Shown: positions 38,301 to 51,620 of the stretch, one piece after another
Numbering within the stretch: the first letter of the stretch is position 1
How the letters are laid out: each line of letters starts with the position of its first letter
DNA from: Hydrolagus affinis
Lineage: Eukaryota
Assembly (NCBI GenBank): GCA_012026655.1
Contig: JAAILG010000520.1
Span: forward strand, 1-64,000
Direction: 5' to 3'
DNA length: 64,000 nt
The notes under the pieces: model-generated
Database searches by the model: none
Seen by the model: only the letters and a program-made list of their open reading frames with translations
What the model was told of the DNA's origin: nothing
Translations under genes and position numbers: made by a program

Positions 38301-39715
38301 ATACTTTTCTCTCATTATTTATATAAGATCTTTGCTTAGTATGCAAGCACTGGGAATAAAATTGGGTTTAATTGGGATAATTTACTGTTAACTCTACCAA
38401 CGCTTTATATCCCTATCAGAACTGATTTTTATACCTTTCTTTAGACTTTTCTATCTACAGTATTAAGAAAACTTTTGATTTTTTTTACCTGCATATGAAA
38501 TTAAATATTGTGCACCAACTTTATCTTTTAACTTATAACAAAACAAAGTAATCCTAAGAGAAGATCAAAATCCTTCTTCAGGGTCAATCCCTCTCCCGAT
38601 GAAAATCCCAAAGAAATAATATACATATAAAGTAAAATTAAATACAATATATGCATTCAAGTTCGATCAATATGACAATGTGTTTTCTTTCTGTTGTTTA
38701 CAATAATGCAAATGGGCATTTTTTTTTTAAGTAATTGGGTTCAGTTAGGTCCACATGTAATTTATTGAGTCTGTGAAGACGTGTGCTATTATTTCAGTTT
38801 TGCCTGCAGTTCAAAGCTGCCGATCTATGCTCTGAGGTTGACAGGGATGGGAATGGTTCAGAGATGCACTTCGCAGCATAAGGTGGCACACCCAGACATC
38901 AGGATTGTGATCTGAACAGTGCATGCCCACAAGCTGTTTATTGGGCAGGATGGAGCACTGTCTGCTTCCAGCCTTGGGAAAGTTCTTCCCTCTCCTTTGG
39001 TGAATTGGCATGAACTCTTTCAACACTTTTCTACCAGAGTTCAAACCGATGTATGATTCTTCAAAGATCACTTCATTCACAGACTTCACTAAAAATAGAA
39101 AACCTCCAGAGCATCAACTTCAACTTTCAAGCTACAGTCTGAAAGATTGTTGCCAGCAAGAGATATCTTTGACATCTTGCCAATAAACCCTAGAGTTAAC
39201 ACTGCTCAAAGAGATTAAACTGTGCATTTTTCCCTTAAAATTGTGAAGTTTGCATAGATTTTTACGATTGCTGTTTATTAACCATCCCTGGCAAGTACAG
39301 TGAGTCACATGGGCAAAGCTACGCCCACGCTAAAGGCTTAAACACCAATATCAACATTTCTACTAGCATGTGAAATGTGAGGGTGGTTTTGATCACAGGA
39401 ATCTAAAGTGAGGGATCTAAACAGAGCATTGTTTGAGAATCACACATACTACATCCACGCTGCAACCCTTGGGTTAGGAATTGAACCTGAAGAAGGATTT
39501 TGATATCTGAAGATTCTGTTGTTTTGTTACAAATAAAGGATAAAGTTAGCGTTATTACACCATATTTCTATAAACATAAAGTACCAATTTACCAGCAATA
39601 AAACATAGTGCGCAGACATCAGCAGCATTTACACAAATTGTCTCCATTAAATGCTATTGGATATGCCAATGGCACATTCAATTAGGGATGAGTGGGTATT
39701 TCAGCCACTTTATAA

Positions 39716-39880
39716 TAAATAATAATAATATATTTTTATTTGGTAAAGCATCCTAGACATTGGGAGAATTTCTCAAATCGTTTCACAGGATTCACTGTAA
39801 AGTGTGGCAACTGTAGTTTTATGAGCGAATGGTAAAACCCATTTGTGCATATTGATGTTCTGCAAACAGCCAATTCATCA
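39716..39880 (-). mobile_element. SINE 3' tail, degenerate
   Basis: aataataataat..ctcaaatcgtttcacaggattcactgtaaagtg..caaacagcca. Confidence 0.6.
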
Positions 39881-39959
39881 ATTGCTTTGTAACTGTTCTG
39901 TGGATGGTTGACTTTCAACTTGGCTACCATTAGAGTTGTTAAATCTGATCATCTTCGAT

Positions 39960-40125
39960 AACAACTTTTAAAAGAGAGGTGGATGGTTATTTGGGGATGA
40001 CGGATTTGCAGGGTTATGGAGAGAGAGCAGGGGCATGGGATTGACTTTGAATAGCTCTTTCCAAAGACCAGCACAGACTCAATGGGCCAAATGGCTTTCT
40101 TTTGTGCTGTAAAATTCGATGATCT
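39960..40125 (+). mobile_element. CR1 3' end (ORF2 last codons and 3' UTR)
   Basis: ttttaaaagagaggtggat..cagggttatggagagagagcagg..cagcacagactcaatgggccaaatggc..tgtgctgtaa. Confidence 0.75.
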
Positions 40126-40509
40126 TATTAAGAAGGAAGATCTACACATCTAAACAATCTAATTTACAGTATTTCTTGAGGGAATTTCTTGATAAGGAAT
40201 CTAAATTGTGCAAATGGAAGGCTATTGTAACTGGATGCACCAACCTACAGAAACTCCGTGAAAATCCATTTCCAGAGAGGAGTACTTAATGGGAATTCCT
40301 TATTGAGGAATTTCAAAACTATCCTGAAATTAAATCTCACCCCTGATTAGATACTATGAATTTAAAATGTAGACTCTATTGATCAGTTAATTTGTTGCAG
40401 AATGCGTAAGCCTTTATTAATCCAACCAACAAAGTTCACAGCTTGAAGGCAAAACAAGAAATATAAATTGATTAGCATGATTGTCTCAAAGAAAGGAAGA
40501 GAATATCGA

Positions 40510-40743
40510 GGCCCCAAATTTCACCTGGTCCTAGTCTGTGTGAGCATTTTGTTGTAAATTGTAAAATGGCACAAAATTGTGTGAAATTCTTAAATTCAGT
40601 TTGAATTTGCAAGTCAGTTTGAAAACTGAGGAAAACCAGCTTCCAAATTATAGTTCAAATTAAGAATTTTCTAGAATTCTGTACAAGATTCAAATTTAAG
40701 ACAAATGTCCCTAAAGGCTGAGTTGAGGTGACATTTCAGGTCC
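40510..40743. mobile_element. Palindromic MITE, copy 2
   Basis: Ends ggccccaaatttcacct and (reverse complement) ggacctgaaatgtcacct; internal inverted AT-rich arms. Confidence 0.7.
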
Positions 40744-41716
40744 TTGATCACATAATGACAAGCACAACGGGAGTTACAATTCAACAATTTATATTTCAAA
40801 GAATTGTCTTAAGGAGATTGTGATGGATGACAATGTATCTGGGTCATTTACCTATAAAGGTGAATCCTGAGTGTTCTATACACAGAATTGCGTTATGAAG
40901 GGTGAGTTGCAAGAGGAGGTTATAAATTTTTCAGATGGTCATGACTGATATCATTTTCCAAATCATGATTTTTTTGCCACAATGAAGCACTTCATCAAAA
41001 ATAATCAAAATAACTTTGTTAGTCTCTAACAATTCCACTGTAACCCTTTTCTGTGACCAGTAAGCCAACACCCTTCCCCTGTGACAAGAATGGTGACCTG
41101 ATACCATCCTGTTGCAATGTTGGAAGGAGCAGAGGTATAGATTCTCAGTGCCAAACTCATTCCATCTTCGCTCCTTTACTTGTTGGGCATTGTGTAGAGT
41201 GGGATGTGCAGAGAGATTGTGTGTTTGGAGGGAGGAAGGAGCATGAAACTGTGCTTCATCGTCACTCCTTTGTGTTGTATTCAGGAGCTCCATATAGTCC
41301 ATCACTATTTGCCCATTAGACACTGACGGTTCTTTAAATGGTATCTTGCTAATTTACATATACATACTGTTAATGTCAGTAAATTGGAAATCCAACTGCA
41401 CACAGACCTTAAAAGCAAGAAAGCTTTGGGCCAATTGGTGTCATTTGGCAGAGCTTGCTAGACTAGCATTTTTTTCCGCAAGGTGCGTGACATTTGAATC
41501 AAAGAAAATGATTACCACTTTTTCAATGAAGTTAGTTTCTGCAAGTTTGAACATTACATATTAACAACCTTAGTAGATTGGTTACAGGATGTTGAAATCA
41601 ATATTTTACCACCTACCACAAAGGCACTTGTAACTCCTGCAAAGCATTGCCACATTGCTTGTCTGTGACGTGCATTGTAACAAATCACATAGGCAATGGA
41701 ACCTATAACTTTTAAG

Positions 41717-41905
41717 TAAAAACAGAAATCGCTTGGGAACACTCAGCAGGTCAAGCAGCATCTATGGAGAAAGGAAATGTGAGTCAATAATTCCCGTCCA
41801 AAACATTGATTCACTTTTTCTTTCTCCATAGATGCTGCCTGACCTGCTGAGTGTTCCCAGTGATTTCTGTTTTTATTTCAGATTTCCAGCATTTGCAGTA
41901 TTTTG
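41717..41905. mobile_element. Penelope-like inverted pLTR palindrome
   Basis: About 70-bp inverted arms 41717-41788 and 41805-41875, followed by atttcagatttccagcatttgcagt; same family as 22563. Confidence 0.8.
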
Positions 41906-42368
41906 CGTTGTTATTACTTTTAAATCCTGGACTTAAATTTAACTTAAGTGCTGTACTGCAATTCTGTCTGAAATGAACAAATAGATGTGCCCAAATACAA
42001 ACCAGGACAGATCAGTGACCTCGTCTATGGAAAAAGGAATTAAAAACCCGAGGGAAGAGGAACGAGAGAAGCTTGCTGCAAAGTTGATAGTCAGCAAAAA
42101 CTGAGGCAAATGTTTCCTCAATCTCCAAATTGCTCCATGCAAAAGAGGAGTTGAAGTGCAATAAATTTTTATTTGCACAGTGCCAGAACTGGCCCAGAGG
42201 GGAAGGTTTGAAAACAAGGGTGTTTTTTTTTTCATTTCATGCCCCGTTTCATAGGGTTCTTGATTCTACGGAATAAAGTGCGAGGATTTTCTTTTTTTTA
42301 AAAAAAGAACAATTTAAAAATCCAGCTCTACTCCTAAACCCTAAACCGTAATGCTGTTGCAGATCAGA

Positions 42369-42728
42369 TAATAATCCTTGCATTGGATAGAGAGTGTTAT
42401 CAGGTCATTAAGACATCCCAAAGTGCTTCACAGAATATATTGTTAATTGGATTGACTATAATTTTTAGGTGAAACAAAGCATTTGTGCACAATTGCACAT
42501 ACCAGGGTCCCACAAACAGTTATGGATTGAGTGATTTTTTTTTGAGGGATTACCATCACTGGAGAATGATCTGCTAATCGACTAACACCTGGGTTGCTAC
42601 TTACTCCTAGGCAAACAGAGGCCAGTAAAGTAAGGAAACTTGCCTAAGGTTTGACCCTGACTGGGAATCGAATCTGGGTTCTCTCACTTACAAGGCGAGT
42701 ACGCTAACCACTATACTATGGGACTCCA
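42369..42728 (-). mobile_element. tRNA-derived (ATT)n-tailed SINE, full length
   Basis: Reverse complement tggagtcccatagtatagtggttagcgtactcgccttgtaagtgagagaacccagattcgattccc..ttaggcaagtttccttac..gcctctgtttgcctagg..; tail aatgcaaggattatta. Confidence 0.9.
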
Positions 42729-43879
42729 CTGTGAAGTTCAGTAGAGGTACTCCATTGCATTTGACGCACTATAAGACCCCCACCTGTGTTTTTTCTCAGC
42801 CTGATAGACATTAGGTTTTGTGCATGCACAAAGTACCTACTGTCCCCCTGAATCTTGTGGAGGGACATGTACAAACGTCCCCAGATATGTAGGACAGATT
42901 GCATTACAGAGGCAAAGCCACAAGATTACTGTATTTAGAATGTGTCAATCATCCTGTTGCAGTAAACAACAGCAAACAATACAAAAAAAAGAGAAACACC
43001 TCACCAAGTTAACATTCAACTTTTTTATTCAGAACTAGTTTGATAGTTTCAAAATAGTCACTCATCACTGGATAAGATTTTAAGGTTTAATTGAAAACTA
43101 ACACAACCAAATCTGTGCAAAGAACCAAAGTTCTTAATAAAAATTAGAAACACCATTATCTTATTTGAAGCACTTGGCAGAATGCTCTGTGGTGAAGTGC
43201 ATCAAACAGTCTGTGCTACCTTTGTGCCAAAACACTCCCTCCTCTGAGCCTCCTCAGCCATCATCACCACCTCATTTGGCACAGACTCTGAATACTTTTG
43301 TATTCATGTCCATCTACTCTAAATTCACTCCACGGCTCAGCCTGCAACTTACTAATGCAGACACAGTATTAACCCAAGACAGTCAGTCAGTCAGTCAGTC
43401 ATTGTTCAGTGGTAGTGCAGGCACATTCTTTTGAAAATAAGATGGAGAAAAAAAACTTGTCTCTTAAAAATTGCGCTGGCACTATGATGCCAGCATGGGA
43501 ATGTGGCTATTCTGTCACTGCTGTAGACTCCCCCATTTTAACAAGGGCTTCAACCTGCTCTCTGGTTGCCTGCCTGCTGACCTACTTTTGTTGGCATTTA
43601 TCGGGATAACACAGCAACTCGAGAAATTTAATACCTTTCCTTTGGCAGACTTTCAGGCGTTCCTCTGCAGTTTATAATAACAAGGGAAGTAAAGGAGAGG
43701 GGAGATGGGGAGGGGGAAGGTTTCTGAAAGATAAAACAAAAAATGACTAGAAATTTCACTTTAAAACAGATGCAAATGTAGGACACTTTCAAAAGTTTAG
43801 AATGCAGGGCCAATGACTTTTACAAGTGCTTCTCTTTTTCATTTGGCTTAACAAAGGGTAACCCAACTGTAACCCAACA

Positions 43880-43933
43880 GGGAATGGGCAGGGTGGGAGG
43901 GTGGGGAATGGGGTGAGGGGGGAGGTGTGGGGG
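43880..43933 (+). other. Potential G-quadruplex
   Basis: Nine G-runs of 3 or more with short loops. Confidence 0.6.
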
Positions 43934-43999
43934 CTGTTCATTCCCACCCTCTTTAAAGGGTTTTTGTTTAGAAACAAAAAATAAAAGGGGAAAAAATAC

Positions 44000-44290
44000 A
44001 CAGGTGCTGGAAATCGGAAATAGAAAGAAAATACAGTACTGAGATTTCACAGCAGCTCAGTCAGTGCCTGAAAGAGAAAGACCAGTTACCGTTTCCTGGA
44101 TTAAAAGGCTACATCATTGATTTAGACGCCGAAGGCCCTTTGGTCCATTTGATCTTATCCGATCAGAACCTCCACCCTATCGGCTTAATCACAGCATTTG
44201 TGGAAACAGTTAGTCTCCACGGTTAGCCTACATTTGTGTTCTCTTTTACTGACAAACTGACCCTATGTGGATTTCAGTTATTCCTGTTTG
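44000..44290. mobile_element. Older Penelope-type palindrome remnant, opposite orientation to 41717
   Basis: tgctggaaatcggaaatagaaa..cagcagctcagtcagtgcctgaaagagaaaga..gtttc; degenerate inverted arm near 44235-44290. Confidence 0.45.
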
Positions 44291-44347
44291 TCACCGACAC
44301 CCTGAACCCCAACCCCATACCAGTGCTCAGCTATGCCTTATGATAAC

Positions 44348-44366
44348 TGGCGACATCTAGTGGGGC
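44348..44366 (-). promoter_or_regulatory. Candidate CTCF binding site
   Basis: Minus strand GCCCCACTAGATGTCGCCA, close match to the CTCF consensus CCACYAGRKGGCRCYA. Confidence 0.55.
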
Positions 44367-44822
44367 ATGCCTAATAATTCTTGAAACCTTTGCCCTCAAC
44401 AATGAGGAGCTTGTTCCCAGGTGACCTTCACAAATGGCATCAAATTAACAAACACTGGGTTCCAAGAGGTATTTGGGGAAGAATATTAAAGCAGTCATAA
44501 GGAGGGAAGTGTCAAGATGTTCAAAGTGGTTCATTAATTCAGACCAAAAAACTGTGTTCTGGGGACTAGCTAAACTGAATTGGCTGTTGAGGAGCTCCGA
44601 GTTGAAGATGAGACAACAAAGGGATTCTGCCAACGCCGGTGTTGAAACACAGAAAGTCATCCACCAAATATTTACAGTGTCTCCAACACAAGGGACAGCA
44701 CAACAGAATCAAATCTGAGTGCAGCTGACTGTACTGCTTAAAGGGTTATAAATGATAACAAACTGAGACTATGATGGGCCACTGCTGCCAACAACCCACG
44801 TGACTAGGATGCTGCCATTTTG

Positions 44823-44935
44823 AATAATAATAATCCTTATATATGATGTAATGCCTTTCACGTTGGAAAGATGTCTCAAAGTGCTCCACAAGATATAATG
44901 TGAAGTGTATTGATTGTGTATTTTGCAGGTGAAAT
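44823..44935 (-). mobile_element. SINE 3' tail
   Basis: aataataataatcctt..gcctttcacgt..gatgtctcaaagtgctccaca. Confidence 0.75.
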
Positions 44936-46714
44936 ACTAGGAAAAAAATCCATCTGTAGAGTGATCATTGTGCCAAAAGAGAAAGAGAGGGAGATTTTGT
45001 TATATTAGAATTTATCTAGAAGGTAAAGAATCCGCCCTGAAAAAAATCTGTGGCCACTCTTCACAATTCCATGGCACATTACAATCTTAGCAATATTGAA
45101 CGTTTAGTTCTGCAGGTTCCACTCAAAATCCCATTATATGTACAGAATGAGTTCTTCACTCCCTTCAGTAAACAGTACACTTGAGACAGGTAGCAAGCAA
45201 TGAAAATTTAAATCTGCAAATTCTGTGACTGATCCTGATAACCACAATAATACTTGCATGTGATATACTTGCCAATTTATCATATCGTCGAGACATCGCA
45301 ATATGCTTTTCAGGGGATACTTTAAAATGATGTAGCTGAGTGGATTTTGTAGGTGAAACTACATCCAATGATCACAGAATACCGTTATATAGTATTGGTC
45401 AAGCAGCACTCAATAGTGCCCAAATCACACGAGGAACAACAAGAATAACTTGCACTTATATAATGCCCTACACACAGGGTAGCATCTCAGAACGCTTATC
45501 AGTGGTAGAGACTGAGTCTGAGCATTCCATGTGTTGTGTAACCATTTCAATCATGTCCTTCAATATTTCCACATCTTTTGTTCTCTCTCTATTATTGTTT
45601 TTTACATTCTCGCTATTTTTAGTTTTCTGTTCTTTGAATGTTCATTTGAACTTAAAAAAAGTTTAAGTTTTTAAAAAAAATCAAGAATGTTTCTTTAAAA
45701 AATCAAAAATATATATTTTTAAAAATCAGGAATGTAGAGAAACATCTGTAAAGTTACTTGCAGAGCTGCCTCTTGGCGCATCAGCCTTCATGAAACTCTG
45801 ACGTTTATCCCAAATATGGATGTGAAGGGGCAAGTAACACAAGTGTGAAAGCAACTGAAGTGTGCGACTGAAATGTAGCACCCCAACTGCACCCACTGCC
45901 CAGTTTTTAATGCCAATTTTGGCCATGTGAACTCCTGCTTTAGTATTGAAAATATCTATGTCATTTCTTATTAGTGCATAGAATAGTGCAATGGGATCAC
46001 ACAGGACTTTAGAGGGACTGGGCAACCGTCACAACACTTTTTACAACAATACATTTTGCAGTTTGTACTGTGACCTAATTTAAGCCTTCCAAAGGTCATT
46101 GGTTCTGTTGACAGCCAGGGAGGAATATTTGCTAAATATATCACGTGCTTTTTGACTTGTGATTGAATATTGCATCAATTGCACTCTTTATCTAGTAATA
46201 TAATAATAATAATAATCATTATATTTGGTATAGAGCCTTTCATGTCAGAAGGATTTATTGTCACGTGTGTTGACTACATTATTTGTAGGCAAATGAAAAG
46301 CTAACCAGGCATACACTGCATTTTGGAGTTAAATGAAGATTTTTTTGTGAAATGGCTTAGTGTTTTACGAACTCCGATGTAATTGAAATAGAGACAAATC
46401 CAAAGTCCTTCAAGAAACTACTATTATGATTATGTAAGAGAAACATGTTTGTGGAGAATTGAAACTAGCATGTATGTTAGCACGCACTGTATTTATTTCC
46501 CAGTAAAACAATTGTTAAGGGTATTCGCTAAATCAATTATGGTTAACTTGTTTCTTTTACAATTTGAAGAAAAGTATAGTTCACTACTATTCAGGCCTTT
46601 CAGGAACTAATCCAGCGAAGAAACAATCCATGGATCTCCTGATCGCAAGAGTGTTAAATGCTAGATGATGCAACAGGCAATATGTGTCAACTTGGAGCTT
46701 CATAGGATCCACAT

Positions 46715-46995
46715 CTCTGGATCAGAAGGTTGCGTGTTCAAGTCACACACCGGCATTTGATCTGATAATCTAGTCTCACTCTCTTGTACACAAATGGGGG
46801 AGCATTGCATTGTCAAAGATGTGTACTTCAGGTAAGATGTTAAAGCCAAGATCCAATTAGCCTGTTCAGGTCAATGTGAACAATACCATGACTCTATTCA
46901 AAAAAGGAATCTTCTCCTGGTGCCTGGCCAGCAATCTTCCAGATTAATTTGTCGTACATTTTATGGCTGCCTATGGGGTCTTGCTGGTGCCAATA
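46715..46995 (+). mobile_element. DeuSINE (SacSINE1-type), degenerate
   Basis: tcagaaggttgcgtgttcaagtc..agatgttaaa..ttcaggtcaatgt..ccatgactctattcaa..ctcctggtgcctggcca. Confidence 0.75.
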
Positions 46996-47320
46996 AAAAT
47001 GCACATTCTTTGTTTAAATGAAACATTATATGGAAATTCAAAAGAACTGAAACTTCCCTTCATTATGGTTGTTCCTAGAACTTGTAGCATAGTTTCCTGG
47101 GAATTCTGAATAAACATTGGCACCCTCTGCACAAGATTACTGTTTTTTCCTGCATTTAGTTCTAAGATTCCATTGAACAGTCTTTTTTTGATGATTCCAC
47201 ACTATAGGAATTGGGGATTAATATGCGCACCAGCACCCGAATGAAACCCAGCAGGTGAACACAGCACATACTCATGTATTTAACCCATGGAGAGACGTAG
47301 CTCTGTTTGAACACAACATC

Positions 47321-47590
47321 CATAGAAACATTAAAAGTTTGCGACACAGAAGGAGGCCATTCAGCCCATCGAGTCTGTGCTAGTGTTATGCTCCCCACTT
47401 GTAGCTACCAACTCTAATCCCTTTCCCGTGATCTATCCTTTAATCCTTTCATTCTTTTTCCTTCAATTCTCTTTTAAAAGGTGTTATATAAATTAGGTTT
47501 CAGTAGTCATTTGTAGTAAGACATCCGACAACCTAACATGTTAAAAAAAAGCTTAAAACCACTCCCTTTCATTGTTCTGATGATAATCCT
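47321..47590 (-). mobile_element. CR1 3' end fragment
   Basis: catagaaacat..cacagaaggaggccattcagcccatcgagtctgtgct. Confidence 0.75.
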
Positions 47591-49710
47591 TAATTGAATA
47601 ACACGAACAATTTACATTCATATCATGCCTACACATAGGACAATGTCTCCAAGCAGTGTACAGGTTGGACTCAGAGTAAGAGAGAAGGGGGAGAGAAAGC
47701 AATGGCATGTCAAAGGGGTAGGTTTTTAAAGGTGGGATATAAAGATAAAGAAAGGGTGAAATGGAAAAAGAGTGACAGGGAGTTCCAGAGGTTAGTGAAG
47801 GAACAGAAGCTGTAAAAAAGTCATAAATTTAATGTTCTCCTGGTTCTATTTGGCTGAATATTGATGTCGTTTATTCTTTTTCTCTCTGGGGAATGGAAGG
47901 GGGAGGCCTTCAGTGTAAATACAACTATGCATTAAGTACGTGCCGATGTTCAGCACTTCTGTTAACAAGAGCAAACAAATAAACAGAGGGACCAAACACA
48001 CTTTTTCTTTTCAATAATATCTGCTGCAAATTTGCGGGGGAAATCATTTCAAGGTTGTAATCTACCCCCAGAGTTCAAATGACTCTCTTAAAGTGCTCTT
48101 TGCAGTTTCGGATACCATCTGAACCCCTTGATGCAATTGCTGCCTTGGGATCACTGCCTCTAAGCATTATTCTCCATGTTAAACACTTAGGAAGAATTAC
48201 TAGGAACAAAGCAGGTCTGTTTCTCAGAAAATCAGAACCAGCCTTCAGTCTTCCATTAGTTCAGCAGTGATTATGCACGTTGTAATAAGGATCAATCACC
48301 TCAAAGCAGTGTTTAACTCCTGTATTTACCACCAAATACTCCTCAGGACAAAGTACTGCTCTTAACAAAATAGTTTCTGAAGATTAGTTGACAGATATTA
48401 TTTCAAAATTGAATTCCTAGCTATGTGGGAGTGAGGCAGCAGTTTTTAGTGCACTCCTGGATTGCTAGCTCTCTCCCAGATCTCAGAGACAGAGGTCGGA
48501 GGGGGAAGAAATGCTAATGTAAGAACCATCTGTCTGCAACACTGCCAGCAAAAATATTACTCCTGTAAAAAAAAATGTTTTTGTCCTTTGTAGCACATTC
48601 ACAAGGTTCAAGCTCTTAGCCATCACACACAAAATATACCCTTGGCTTCACTACATCCCACTCTTCACTTAGCAGTTATTCCTGGATCAGTAAAGGAAAC
48701 AAGAAACTATCAATGAGATTGCAAAGAAAACTTCAGCCACTTTGGATTTTCTCACGGAAGAAATACTCCACTATTTTCAACAACTCAAAATGTCCAGTGC
48801 TACTAAGCAGCCAAATGAACTACAGTATATAATTAATTAGCTAGATGTGATTAATCAAGGAAGCCAATATAAAAGGGTAAAATTGGTGTACATGTGGGAC
48901 CTTATGTGTAAAATGACTTAGGACTTATCCAGATCTGGGAACTCCAGGTGAGACAATAAAATGATCACTACAAAGTAGCTGCTAGTGTTTGTGCAAGTAC
49001 AATCTGACATTGCTAAAGTGTTCTGGTCAGCCTTGTATGTTTTATAACAAATCTATTATGTGAAGGAATTACCTTCACTTCTCTCCTCTGTCTCCACACA
49101 CGCTTACCAAATCTTTCCATATTTACATAGGTCGGGCACACCTGTGAAAAGTGAGTTGGGTCATGTTGAATTGATTCTGACAGTGCTGCCAACATCTTTA
49201 TGTAGGGAAGAATCGAAATGGAAGGGAAAGACCATGCACTCGTGAATGAAGTACTCAACTGATTTTTTTCCTGAAAATTCATAGGCCGGTGGAGGGATAG
49301 GGGGGAATGAAGTATGTGATTTTATCCCTGGACCCTCTCTTCCCCTGCCAAGCCATTAATAGATACTGACTACTTGCATCCACATTATCGGTCGTGATAA
49401 TATGTCACCAGTAAACAGCAAGTCACATTTCCTTCCTCCCAATTGTGACGTGTAAAAAGTTCCCACACTTGCTGTTTGAGCAGAAAGCAACTGTTACATT
49501 TCCAAGTCTAAACGGTCCAGTATGGATGGGGGGGCGGGGAGGTCCGAATGTTATTTCCGATAGAGTTGTTGGACATTCCATAGTAAATTTATGGAATTTC
49601 TATTGTAAGCATGGATCATGGAGTGAAAGGTAGCTTGCATTAGCCATCTTAGCTTGCATGTCAATCCCCTGCGTATCAGTTAGTGTGGAAGGGGCAATGA
49701 CTTGGATGAT

Positions 49711-49893
49711 AAATAGCACTCTAGTGAATTTTCCACATACACAATTGCAAAAATCGTGATAAATTCACTCTGGAACATGGGGATTGAAAGAATATCAGCA
49801 AAGTTCCAGATTGTGAAACAATGAAAAGCTGTTGTGTAAATTAAATCAGGGAGCTCAAGTGTGCAATTATCTCCATTTGCTCCAGTGCTATTT
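49711..49893. mobile_element. Degenerate palindromic MITE-like element
   Basis: aaatagcact / agtgctattt terminal inversion and internal tctggaac / gttccaga. Confidence 0.45.
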
Positions 49894-50389
49894 TGGTAAA
49901 CCCCCTCAGTGCCTTATCCCACTCGTCTCTCTGCCTCCCCGGCATTTAAGTTTAATAAGAGAGAAAAAGTTCCATGCCTAAAGCCAGGTTTTCTTTTAAT
50001 ATCTAATCAAAATTGATTTAAGCATCACAAAGCACAAACAAAGCTTTGGGTTAAATCTTTCAGATCCATGTCAGGCTGAATTGAAAGAAAATACTGTCTG
50101 TGAAAGCAGATGACAGACATCTGCCCCAAGATAAGTATTATTTATATTTATGTGCCAAATTTACTATCAATCATCTCTTATCTTGCATGAGTACATGATT
50201 AATAAAGCATTTATTCTGTGCTAAGGAAACACTGCAGATTAAACCCCTGCAATGTTTGAACGAGATACAAAAAGCACAAGGATGAAGAATAGTAATGTGT
50301 TTAAACAAAAAAGGAGAGGGAAAACAATTGTTGAGATGATATTGCAAACAAACAGTATGGAGATGCCCAAATTCAAAGGGAAGGGGATT

Positions 50390-50642
50390 TGGAGGGAAGA
50401 AAGAAATTAGAGAATAAGGGAGAAGGAGAAAAAGAGAGAGAAGAAATAGAGAGAGGAGAGGGGAGAAAAAGAGAGAAGGAGAAAAAGAGAGAGGTTAAAG
50501 AAAGACAGAAAGATAAAGAGAGAAAGCGAGAGAAAGATAAAGAGAGAATTAAAAAGAAAAAGAGAGAAATAGAATAAAATAAGGAGAGAGAAGCAAGAGA
50601 AAGAGGAGTGAGAGAGACAGAGAGAGAGAGAGAGAAAGAGAA
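50390..50642. repeat. GA-rich low-complexity polypurine tract
   Basis: Almost purely A/G for about 250 bp, ending in (GA)n. Confidence 0.9.
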
Positions 50643-50949
50643 AGTTTAGACTTTTAAATCAGAGACCTCAATCTTCCAGAAGGCACTTTGTGGTAATGCC
50701 TGTAATATAAAACTTCCAGCCAGGAATCTGGGATTGAGCTGCTCTTGTCCATTCAGTTCAATTTTATTGCTTTATTCTCTGAACTGCAAACTGACACAGT
50801 GCTGCCTGCACTGAGGTGCTTTTCATGCAAATTGTCTCCATCACATAAAACAAAGGAGACTGCAAGTAAGAATAATGCAGGACCCAACGCATTCCCGAAG
50901 AAGGCAACACTTTTTAAGACCTGCAATAAAGCCAACACTTTCCACAAAG

Positions 50950-51620
50950 CTTGGAGGTAAAAATGGAGGGACTTATACAGTTGGTATCACTGGCAGACCA
51001 ATGGGGGCTTTGCACAGGACAACCTGATGGCAAGCTGCCCACCATGCTTAGAGGCTGGACGGTCTCTTCACAAATCTGAGGCAGCTCATTCTGCTTTCAG
51101 ACGCCAGTTAATTGCAAGTGCACTCAATGGGGCTCTGTGCCAACCACTGTAATTGCTGCCAGCCCCTGGTTTTGCAAAGGCCTTATATCGTGCTGGCAGG
51201 AGGATTCACAGAAATCCACGTATCCCCTCTCCTTTTCATGCACGGCCATTTTGTTCAGCATCTCTCTCCTGCTCCAGCAGCGACGCCTGCCTCTGTTGGC
51301 AAGACTCAGCACCACGGAAGGCAACAGACCCAGCCTGAAACTCTAATATGTTAAAATACTGCCAAGCGTCCTGATCGTTCTTCTTTCAAATCTGCAAATG
51401 GTCATTCCTGGATGAGGCTTGCGGTTGTTTTAAAACGCGCGGATACTGAAGCACATACCACAAAATGGAGGTTGCTCCTCCTTCTCTCCCTCCCCCTTCT
51501 CTCTCCCCCCACCCCCCCCTTCCCCCAACAAACGCCATTTTAGTGCCAACCACTAATGCCCGCAGTGCTGTCGAGACGGTGACAGGGTGATTACTGTGCT
51601 AACATGGCTGTGTCTCTCGT
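50950..51620. promoter_or_regulatory. Promoter- or enhancer-like segment with clustered YY1-type motifs and locally retained CpG
   Basis: CGCCATTTT 51533, GCCATTTTG 51245, CAAAATGGAG 51461, AAAATGGAGG 50960; C-rich tract 51480-51526; no SINE/LINE recognised. Confidence 0.4.

Noticed and set aside
38811-39089. Minus-strand ORF after an acceptor-like ttttctatttttAG
   Set aside because: No convincing donor, no recognisable domain, opposite to the inferred transcription direction
50389-50577. E/K/R-rich 62-aa ORF
   Set aside because: Translation of a GA-rich low-complexity tract that seldom contains stops
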